In this document: piece by piece, positions 26,650 to 33,916 of the stretch
How the letters are laid out: the number at the start of each line of letters is the position of its first letter
How positions within the stretch are numbered: the first letter of the stretch is position 1
Source: an uncultured Acidobacteriota bacterium
Lineage (GTDB): Bacteria > Acidobacteriota > Polarisedimenticolia > J045
Length of the DNA stretch: 64,000 bases
NCBI GenBank assembly: GCA_963702425.1
Contig: CAVPCQ010000038.1
Location: 4,992 to 68,991, forward strand
Direction of reading: 5' to 3'
Notes under the pieces: generated by a model
What the model saw: the letters and a program-made list of their open reading frames with translations, nothing else
Databases searched by the model: none
Told to the model about the DNA's origin: nothing
Translations under genes and position numbers: made by a program

Positions 26650-28218
26650 ATGATCGGGATGGGGGCAGAGCACGACGCGAAGGCGGGCGAGCGCGGCGGC
26701 TTCGTGCGCGAGCTCGGTCTCCTCGACTCGACGATGATCGTCGCCGGCTCGATGATCGGTTCGGGGATCTTCATCGTCTCGGCCGACATGGCGCGGCTGC
26801 TCGGCTCGGGAGGCTGGCTGCTGGCGGCGTGGGCCGTCACCGGGCTGCTCACCGTCGCCGGGGCGCTCTCGTACGGCGAGCTGGCCTCGATGATGCCACA
26901 GGCCGGCGGCCAGTACGTCTTCCTGCGCGAGGCCTATTCGCCGCTCTGGGGCTTCCTGTACGGCTGGACGCTGTTCCTGGTGATCCAGACCGGAACGATC
27001 GCCGCGGTCGGGGTCGCTTTCGCCCGCTTCCTGGGCGTCCTCTTTCCGTGGATCTCGCCGTCCTCCTGGATCGTCAGCCCGATCCACCTCTCCGACGGCT
27101 ACGCGCTGAGCCTCTCGACGCAGCAGCTCGTGGGGATCCTGTCGATCGTGCTGCTCACGGCGGTCAACACGCGCGGGATCCACCTCGGCAAGCTGCTCCA
27201 GAACACCGTGACGTCCGCCAAGACGCTGGCTCTCGTGGCGGTGATCGTGCTCGGCATCGTGCTTGGCCGGAACACTGCTGCAATCACCGCCAACTTCGCG
27301 GGCTTCTGGGACACCGCCGGCGCCGAGACGACGGTCACCTCGCGCTTCTCGTTCCTGCCGCCGCTCTCGGCCGGGAGCGGCGCGCTCGGGCTGCTCGTGG
27401 CGTTCTGCGTCGCGCAGGTCGGCTCGCTGTTCTCGTCCGACGCCTGGAACAACATCACCTTTGCCGCGGGCGAGGTGAAGGACCCGCGGCGCACCGTGCC
27501 GCGGGCGCTGGCCGCCGGAACCGGCCTGGTGATCGCGCTCTACCTGCTGGCCAACCTCGCCTACCTGCTGGTGCTGCCGCTCGCCGGGATCCAGCACGCC
27601 CCCGACGACCGAGTCGGCACGGCGGTGCTGGACGTGATCTTCGGCCCCGCCGGCGCGACGATCATGGCGATCGCGATCGCGGTTTCGACCTTCGGCTGCA
27701 ACAACGGGCTGATCCTGGCGGGGGCGCGGGTCTATTACGTGATGGCGCGTGACGGCCTCTTCTTTCGCGGCGTCGGCCGTCTCAATGCGCGGCGCGTGCC
27801 GGCGGCAGGGCTGGTCGCGCAGGGGATCTGGGCGTCGCTCCTGATCCTGCCGCGGACCCGCCTGGGCGCCGGCCCTGGCGGCGAGGAGCGCTATGGCAAC
27901 CTCTACGGCAACCTGCTCGACTACGTCGTCTTCGCGGTCCTGATCTTCTACGTGCTGACGATCGTCGCACTCTTCGTGCTGCGCCGGACCCGTCCCGACG
28001 CCGAGCGGCCGTACCGTGCGTGGGGCTATCCGGTGGTGCCGCTGCTCTACATCGTGACCGCGTGCGTGATCATGGCCGTACTGGTGGCCTACCGCAGCGA
28101 AACCACCTGGCCGGGTCTGGTCATCGTGCTCAGCGGCCTGCCGGCCTACTGGATCTGGAAGCGGCTGGGGGCGCCGGCAAGCGAGAGGGCGGCAGGGCAG
28201 GCGGGGGAGGAGACGTAG
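26650..28218 (+). CDS. amino acid permease (APC superfamily)
   Basis: 522 aa. Motifs seen: GSMIGSGIF, LSYGELASMMPQAGGQYVFLREAY, ~12 hydrophobic segments. The start could be ATG 26659, which has better spacing from GGGGAGGG. Confidence 0.85.
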   Translation: MIGMGAEHDAKAGERGGFVRELGLLDSTMIVAGSMIGSGIFIVSADMARLLGSGGWLLAAWAVTGLLTVAGALSYGELASMMPQAGGQYVFLREAYSPLWGFLYGWTLFLVIQTGTIAAVGVAFARFLGVLFPWISPSSWIVSPIHLSDGYALSLSTQQLVGILSIVLLTAVNTRGIHLGKLLQNTVTSAKTLALVAVIVLGIVLGRNTAAITANFAGFWDTAGAETTVTSRFSFLPPLSAGSGALGLLVAFCVAQVGSLFSSDAWNNITFAAGEVKDPRRTVPRALAAGTGLVIALYLLANLAYLLVLPLAGIQHAPDDRVGTAVLDVIFGPAGATIMAIAIAVSTFGCNNGLILAGARVYYVMARDGLFFRGVGRLNARRVPAAGLVAQGIWASLLILPRTRLGAGPGGEERYGNLYGNLLDYVVFAVLIFYVLTIVALFVLRRTRPDAERPYRAWGYPVVPLLYIVTACVIMAVLVAYRSETTWPGLVIVLSGLPAYWIWKRLGAPASERAAGQAGEET

Positions 28219-28257
28219 GGCCGGTGGAAAGGCGGGCGCGGGCAACCGCCGCCTCCG

Positions 28258-28818
28258 TCACCCGGCGAACAACGCAGCCAGCGGGACCTCGAGCCCCGGG
28301 AAGAGCCCGGGACGGAAGACGTCGCTCCGGTCCGCGATGGTGACCTGCTGGTAGCGGCCGCCGTCGAGCTGGAACTCCTCGAGCGATTCCGTGTCCGGGT
28401 CCACGATCCAGTACCAGGACACGCCGCGCCGCGCATAGACCCGCATCTTGCGCACCCGGTCGTGTCCCCGCGACCCCTCCGAGAGGACCTCGACGACCAG
28501 GTCCGGCGGCCCCACGCCCCGCTTCGCCGTGACCCGGTCGGCGTGCTCCGGCGCGACGTAGAGCAGGTCCGGCTGGAACACGTTCGTGTCCTCGAGGACG
28601 ACGTCGAAGGGAGCGAACAAAAGCAGCCCGCCGGGCCCCTGGCTGACGTGCCCGTGGAGCAGCACGAACAGCTCTCCGAGAATCCTCTGGTGCCGCAACG
28701 CGGGGGCGTTCATCTCGACGAGTTCCCCTTCGATCACCTGGTAGCGCCGCCCGTCGTCGGGGAGCGCGAGGTAATCGGCGAAGGTGAAGGGGACCTTCTC
28801 GCCGGCCGCGTGGCTCAT
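28258..28818 (-). CDS. Uma2-family (DUF820) PD-(D/E)xK endonuclease-like protein
   Basis: 186 aa from ATG 28818. Motifs seen: RYQVIEGELVEMNAP, QPDLLYV, PPDLVVEVLSEGSR..D...K...Y...GV..YWIVDP. The track ORF extends upstream to 29076 as shadow sequence. Confidence 0.75.
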   Translation of the reverse strand: MSHAAGEKVPFTFADYLALPDDGRRYQVIEGELVEMNAPALRHQRILGELFVLLHGHVSQGPGGLLLFAPFDVVLEDTNVFQPDLLYVAPEHADRVTAKRGVGPPDLVVEVLSEGSRGHDRVRKMRVYARRGVSWYWIVDPDTESLEEFQLDGGRYQQVTIADRSDVFRPGLFPGLEVPLAALFAG

Positions 28819-28945
28819 TCGCTGACCTCTCGAAAGAAATGGTACGGCCGGGCGCGAACGGCGCGCAAGCCGCCATCGCGGGCTCCGTCCCACGCGCGGG
28901 AGCGGACGCGCGCGGGACCGCGCGCCCGACGGTTTGCAGCCGCGC

Positions 28946-31900
28946 TCAGCGCGCCGGCAGCCCCTTTCTCGGCAGCGGCGGGACCGGCGGGAGCGGCCGC
29001 GGATCCTCGGCGATCTTCTTCCGCAGCAGCGCGATCGCCGCCTCGAGCTGCGCGTCCTTCCCATCCCACGTCGCACGGGGAAGGTTGTCGACGACGACGT
29101 CGGGCTCGACGCCGTGCCCCTCGATCAGCCAGGTCCCTTCCGGACCGAAGACGCCGTACTCCGCCGCCGTCGCGATCCCGCGGTCGACCAGGACGTTGCT
29201 CGACGAGAGCCAGATCTCGCCGCCCCAGGTCCGCGTGCCGAGGACCGGCCCGAGCTCGAGCCGCCGGAATCCCTCCGCGAACGCCTCGCCGTCGGAGGAG
29301 GTCCCCTCGTCCACCAGCACGACGACGTGGCCGCGGAAGGCGTACTGCATGTTCCAGGACGGCGCGCGCCCGGCGCGCTGGCTCCAGTAGAACCAGGCCC
29401 GGCGCAGCAGGCGCGACAGGATCCAACTGTCGATGTTGCCGCCCCGGTTGTGGCGCACGTCGATGATCAGTCCCTGGCGCGTGAACGAGGGGTAGTAGTC
29501 GCGGGCCCACGCCGAGTAGTCGTCGCCCCCCATCGCGCGCAGATGGACGTAGCCGATCGTGCTGCCGCTCGCCTCGTCTGTCCTGAGGCGGCGCGTGTAC
29601 TCCCACTCGTGGTAGCGGCGGTCCGCGTCATCGTCGGGCGTCAGCGGCTGGACGATCACCTCGCGCGGCGCGCCGCCGCCGGCGGGCTTGACCGAGAGCA
29701 GCACCTGGCGGCCCGCCTTGGCGCGCAGCAGCGCGCCCGGATCGGGCGACGAGAGGGTCGCGACGCCGTCGATCGCCAGGATCACGTCCCCCGGCTTCAC
29801 GTCGACCCCCGGCCGCGCGAGCGGCGAGGCCAGCTCCGGCCGGTCGGGATCGGACCGGTAGATCGACTCTACGACGAGCCCGCCCCGCTCCGGGTCTCGG
29901 GCGAGCCGCGCTCCGAGGAAAGCCGGGGCCGGCTCGACGTCTCCCTTCCGCGCGTCGCCCCCGTAGACGAAGGTGTGCAGCGCCTCGACCTCGCTGACCA
30001 TCTGCGCCAGCAGGTCGGACAGCTCGGCCCGGCTGTGGACGCGGTCGACGAGCGGCAGGTAGCGCGCCTTCATCCCGCTCCAGTCGATCCCGTGCATCGC
30101 CTGGTCATAGAAGTAGTCGCGCTCGAGGCGCCAGGCCTCGTTGAACATCTGCCGCCACTCCTCCCGCGGGTCGACCGGCAGCGTGAAGGCCGTGAGATCG
30201 ACCTTCTTCTTGTCGAGGTCGGTGACCGGCGCGGCCGCGGCGTCGAAGACGTAGAGCGCGTCGTCCTTGCGGACGAGGAGCTTCTTGCCGTCCGCGCTGG
30301 GCTCGGCCGAGAGCACGCCGGCGAGCACCGTCTTGACCTCCGGCTTCTCGTTCGTGATCTCGAGCGCCTGGAGGTCCGCCTTCGCGCGCTCGCCGGCGGT
30401 CGACGACAGCCAGTAGAGCGCCTTCTCGGTGACGAACAGGCCGCGGAAGTTGCCGGGCGGGACGGGGACCTCGAGCAGCCGCGCCGCGAGGCCGTCGGGA
30501 TCGACGGTGGTGGGGGGCGGGGTGTCTGGCTTGACCTCCGGCGAGCCGTCGCTGCGCTTTCCGCTGCTCTTTCCCTGCTCTCCCTTCTCTGTCTTGTCGC
30601 GCTTCTCGCCGTTCTCCCGGTTCGCGTCCTTCACCTCCTTCTTCTCTGCAGGGGGATGCAGCTCGTCCGCCGGCTCGAACGGCGACCGCAGGTCCGGCGC
30701 CAGCGCCAGCAGGTAGACGCGCGTCGTCTTGTCGAAGTAGGGCTCGGGCTGCATCAGTCCCCAGGGGCCCGGGACGAGCGAATTGAGGTTCCGCTCGGAG
30801 AGGAAGGCGAGCCACTTTCCATCCGCCGAGAACGCCGGGGACGAACTGTCGTAACGGTCGGTCGTCGCGAAGAGCGCCGCGCCCCCCTCGACCGGGTAGA
30901 GCTTCACGCGCCGGTTGAGGTTGTCGCCGGGGACCGCGGCCGCGAGCCAGCGACCGTCGGGCGACCAGGCGAGGTCCTCGATGTCGGCAATCGCGGACTC
31001 CTCCAGCTTCCGGGTCGCGCCCGTCGCCTGGTCGGTGATCCACAGCCGCTGGTTCTTGTCGGTGTGCGCGATCCGCTTGCCGTCGGGGGAGGGGAGCGCG
31101 ATCCAGCGCAGCACCTCGCCGCCCCTCGTCACCTGACGCGCGTCGCCGACGCCGTTGGCGGGAAGCGTCCAGAGCTCGACCTCGCCCGACTCGTCCGAGA
31201 GCGCGACCAGCGACTTGCCGTCGGGCAAGAAACGCGCGTCGCGGAAGCGCACGCCCGGCCGGCGCGAGGCCTCGACGAATCGCCCGGGGCCCACCGGTGC
31301 GACGAACACCTGCCCGCGCGCGGTGAGCACCACGCGCTTGCCGTCGGGCGACAGGTGCGCCGAGGTCGTCCAGGTGAGCGGATCCTTGACGGTCCGCTCG
31401 CGCGTCTGGTCGAGGTCGGAGCCGAGCGTGATCGCCAGCGGCGTCTCCGTTCCGGCGGCGATGTCGAAGAGGAACAGGTCGGCGCCGGAGCGGAAGGCGA
31501 TCCGTCCCGCGTCGAGCGACGCCTCGGCGATTTCCCAGCTGCGCTTGGTGTGCTGCCGCAGATCCTTCCCGTCGCCGGTCATCGACCAGAGGTTCATCGT
31601 GCCGTCGCGATCGGAGAGGAAGTAGACCCGCTCGTTCCAGACCATCGGGCCCTTGCTCGTGCCGGGGTAGTCGCCGGTCAGGAGCACCGCTTCCGCGGCG
31701 CCGCCGTCCCAGCGCCAGATCTGCTGCACGGTGCCGCCGCGGTAGCGCTTGGTGTGGCTCCCCTGGAACGGCAGCCGCGTGAAGTAGAGCGCCGTTCCGG
31801 CCTCGTTCCACGCGCCGTCGGCGGCCTGCGCCAGCGGGATCGGCTGCGACGATCCCGACGCCGGATCGAGCGTCTCGAGCTGGACGGACGGCAGGGTGGA

Positions 31901-32350
31901 GCGCGCGGTGGTGGCGTAGAGCACGCGGCCGTCCTTCGTCCAGCCGGCGACGGTCGGCGTGCCCCCTCCACTCGACGCCTGCCAGGTGTGCCGCATCGGC
32001 GGGCCGCCGGCGAGAGGCATCGTGTAGACCTCGGCCGGGCCGTCGTAGCGGGCGACGAAGGCCACGGTCGTCCCGTCGGGCGAGATCGCCGGGGATCCCT
32101 CTCCGGCGGCGTCGGTCGTCAGCCGGGCCGCGACCCCGCCGCGCGCGGAGACCCTCCATAGGTCCCCCTCCGAGACGAACACGATCGTCTCGCCGCGCAG
32201 CGAGGGCTGGCGGTAGTAACCGAGCGGGGCCGCGGGAGGTGCGGGGCGGGCCGCCGCAGCGGCGGTTTCAGCGGCCGGGGACGTCGTTCCGGTCGCAAGG
32301 CCCGGAAGCGCAAGAGACAGACCACACGCGAGCAGGGCAGAGCGCGTCAT
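28946..32350 (-). CDS. tricorn-protease-like S41 peptidase (TolB-like beta-propellers + PDZ + S41 domain)
   Basis: 1134 aa from ATG 32350 (GGAGG upstream) with a signal peptide. The N-terminus reads YYRQPSLRGETIVFVSEGDLWRV...SPAISPDGTTVAF, typical of tricorn homologues. A PDZ-like GDVILAIDG is present, and VVVLVDEGTSSDGEAF..GTRTWGG lies at the S41 core. Confidence 0.8.
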   Translation of the reverse strand: MTRSALLACGLSLALPGLATGTTSPAAETAAAAARPAPPAAPLGYYRQPSLRGETIVFVSEGDLWRVSARGGVAARLTTDAAGEGSPAISPDGTTVAFVARYDGPAEVYTMPLAGGPPMRHTWQASSGGGTPTVAGWTKDGRVLYATTARSTLPSVQLETLDPASGSSQPIPLAQAADGAWNEAGTALYFTRLPFQGSHTKRYRGGTVQQIWRWDGGAAEAVLLTGDYPGTSKGPMVWNERVYFLSDRDGTMNLWSMTGDGKDLRQHTKRSWEIAEASLDAGRIAFRSGADLFLFDIAAGTETPLAITLGSDLDQTRERTVKDPLTWTTSAHLSPDGKRVVLTARGQVFVAPVGPGRFVEASRRPGVRFRDARFLPDGKSLVALSDESGEVELWTLPANGVGDARQVTRGGEVLRWIALPSPDGKRIAHTDKNQRLWITDQATGATRKLEESAIADIEDLAWSPDGRWLAAAVPGDNLNRRVKLYPVEGGAALFATTDRYDSSSPAFSADGKWLAFLSERNLNSLVPGPWGLMQPEPYFDKTTRVYLLALAPDLRSPFEPADELHPPAEKKEVKDANRENGEKRDKTEKGEQGKSSGKRSDGSPEVKPDTPPPTTVDPDGLAARLLEVPVPPGNFRGLFVTEKALYWLSSTAGERAKADLQALEITNEKPEVKTVLAGVLSAEPSADGKKLLVRKDDALYVFDAAAAPVTDLDKKKVDLTAFTLPVDPREEWRQMFNEAWRLERDYFYDQAMHGIDWSGMKARYLPLVDRVHSRAELSDLLAQMVSEVEALHTFVYGGDARKGDVEPAPAFLGARLARDPERGGLVVESIYRSDPDRPELASPLARPGVDVKPGDVILAIDGVATLSSPDPGALLRAKAGRQVLLSVKPAGGGAPREVIVQPLTPDDDADRRYHEWEYTRRLRTDEASGSTIGYVHLRAMGGDDYSAWARDYYPSFTRQGLIIDVRHNRGGNIDSWILSRLLRRAWFYWSQRAGRAPSWNMQYAFRGHVVVLVDEGTSSDGEAFAEGFRRLELGPVLGTRTWGGEIWLSSSNVLVDRGIATAAEYGVFGPEGTWLIEGHGVEPDVVVDNLPRATWDGKDAQLEAAIALLRKKIAEDPRPLPPVPPLPRKGLPAR

Positions 32351-32447
32351 CGAACCTCCGGGTGCGTCGAGTGCCGCCGGGATGATAGCGGAGCGGGAGC
32401 GGCACGCGTCGCCCGCCGGAGGAGAGCGATCCGAGCCGGCGGCCGCA

Positions 32448-32531
32448 CGGCCGCTCCGCGCCGCCGCTCGTCCCGCGGCCGCTCCGCGCCGCCGTTCGTC
32501 CCGCGGCCGCTGCGCGCCGCCGTTCGTCCCG
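32448..32531. repeat. 28-bp tandem repeat, three copies
   Basis: CGGCCGCTCCGCGCCGCCG(C/T)TCGTCCCG occurs at 32448-32475, 32476-32503 and 32504-32531 (the third copy has TG for TC), followed by a partial copy. It lies in the non-coding gap between the divergent tricorn and TonB-C genes. Confidence 0.85.
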
Positions 32532-32557
32532 CGGCTGCCGATACAGGGGGCCCGTCC

Positions 32558-32787
32558 GAATGCACATCCGGCGACAGAGGACCCCCTCGAATGCACACAT
32601 CGTCCCCAGCGACGGCGTGATGACTCCCACCTTGAGCCCAAGTTCACCGCAAAGAGTCGCCGTGCGCCACCGCCGACCGGGTTCCGGTCGCGATCTTCCT
32701 GCCGGCGAGGGCCTGCTCAGCGCGGCGGTGTGCGTTCGAGGGGGTCCTCTGTCGCCGGATGTGCATTCGAGGGGGTCCTCTGTCGCC
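32558..32787. repeat. 40-nt inverted repeat (39/40 match) flanking a 131-nt spacer; the right arm is partly duplicated
   Basis: The left arm at 32558-32597 is GAATGCACATCCGGCGACAGAGGACCCCCTCGAATGCACA. Its reverse complement matches 32729-32768 (TGTGCGTTCGAGGGGGTCCTCTGTCGCCGGATGTGCATTC). The unit TGTGC(G/A)TTCGAGGGGGTCCTCTGTCGCC occurs twice on the right (32729-32756, 32760-32787). Confidence 0.85.
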
Positions 32788-32972
32788 ACGCCGACATTCG
32801 GCTGTGAACGCTGTCGCGGTCTCTCGGCCCGGCCGCGGATCGTCGGGTCGGCCGGGGCCCCGCTTCGACCTGTCGCCGCCACGTCGCATGCCGGCGCCGA
32901 CCACGGCGCCGGCCTCCGTGCCGCGTCGGTCCGGAACGTCGCGACCGGCAAGGGAGCGGGCCGCTCCCGGGC

Positions 32973-32978
32973 TAGAAT
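32973..32978 (+). promoter_or_regulatory. candidate -10 element TAGAAT (context GCTAGAATCC) upstream of the TonB-C gene
   Basis: It lies 39 nt upstream of GTG 33017. The same TAGAATCC octamer lies 47 nt upstream of the S9 peptidase gene (60057). No convincing -35 was seen. Confidence 0.25.
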
Positions 32979-33016
32979 CCGGACGGACCGGTTCCCGTCC
33001 CCGACGGAGTCCCATC

Positions 33017-33896
33017 GTGCGCCGCATGCTCCAGTTGCTGTCATCAGGGTGCCTCGCCGCACTCGCGGGCGGGTGCGCCGCCGCCGATTCGCCGGCAGCC
33101 GAGGAATGGGCGCGCTGGATGCTGCGCGGGCTGCCCGGGGTCTCGGTCGCGTGCACCCCGAAGCTGGAAAGCGACCCAGCCATGACCGTCCACTGCGTCG
33201 ACCTGGAGATGCCGTGGAACGAGTTTCGGCGGGAGTGGGAGTCCGCCCTCCGGTCGGCCGGCCGGTCGTTTCCCGACACGGGGTGGCTCGATGAGGGGAA
33301 GCTGAAGCGCCGGCGCTACATCGTCTTCGACGTGCCCGTCGACGTTTTTCGAGACTCCGCGGGCTCGGGCCTGGTGATCGCGGTCCCGCGCTTCTTCCTG
33401 GATTGCGACGAGGTGAACTGGGGCGATGTGATCGACCTCGACCAGGACACCTCGGGGGAGATCACGCGCCCGCAGCTCGAGCACCGGGTCGAGGCCGTCT
33501 ACCCGGAACGCGAGCGCCGGGCCAGGCGCCTAGTGTCACGTAACCGAAGTCACGCTAACGCCGGGGCGGTCTGGCAAGCCGATGGCTGCGTTGCTCCTCC
33601 TTGCTGTACGGTTCAGTACAGCGTCGTCGTCGCGCCTTGCCCTCGGCTCACCATCCTCGCCCTGGCATTAACCTGACTTCGGTTACGTGACACTAGGCAG
33701 GGTCTGGATGATGGGACTGATCCGCACGGATGGGCACGTCGCGCCGCTCTGCATCAAGTCGTCGGAGGGCGCCACGCCCGCGATGAACTCCGCCGCGCTG
33801 CGCGCGCTCGCGCAGTGGCGCTACGCGCCGGCGCTGCGGGACGGCCAGCCGATCGCGGTGCGATTCGTGGTGGCCATCAGTTTCTCCGTCCGCTAG
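33017..33896 (+). pseudogene. lipoprotein with TonB C-terminal domain, split by a MITE insertion
   Basis: GTG 33017 (GGAG upstream); lipobox LLSSGC / ALAGGC. The upstream part ends ...EITRPQLEHRVEAVYPERERRARR, then reads into the MITE and stops at 33676. Track ORF 33687..33896 (..GRVWMMGLIRTDGHVAPLCIKSSEG..AALRALAQWRYAPALRDGQPIAVRFVVAISF) is the rest of a TonB_C fold. Removing 163 bp rejoins the two frames. Confidence 0.8.
33530..33696. mobile_element. MITE copy 1 (159-bp core flanked by CTAG on both sides)
   Basis: Perfect 23-nt terminal inverted repeats: CTAG-TGTCACGTAACCGAAGTCA ... TGACTTCGGTTACGTGACA-CTAG. There is a central hairpin, GCTGTACggttcaGTACAGC. The element is too short to encode a transposase. 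A second copy at 55685-55851 differs at two positions (33553 and 33555, C vs T). Confidence 0.85.
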
Positions 33897-33916
33897 ACGC
33901 GGCGGCGCACCGGCAC

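Noticed and set aside
28258-28818. The Uma2-family endonuclease-like gene as a defence or mobile-element marker.
   Set aside because: It is a stand-alone gene with no partner genes, repeats or integration scars around it. Uma2/DUF820 genes are commonly multi-copy housekeeping-neutral genes in some phyla.
32448-32531. The 28-bp tandem repeat as a possible CRISPR array.
   Set aside because: The repeats are directly adjacent with no spacers, there are only three copies, and no cas genes are in the window. It is a plain tandem repeat.
33530-33696. The 163-bp repeated element as a tRNA, riboswitch or small protein gene (the track shows read-through peptides ..LVSRNRSH(A/V)NAGAVWQADGCVAPPCC..).
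   Set aside because: There is no cloverleaf and no known riboswitch features. The peptide is just read-through from the upstream genes in one frame. Perfect terminal inverted repeats plus CTAG flanks explain it better as a MITE.
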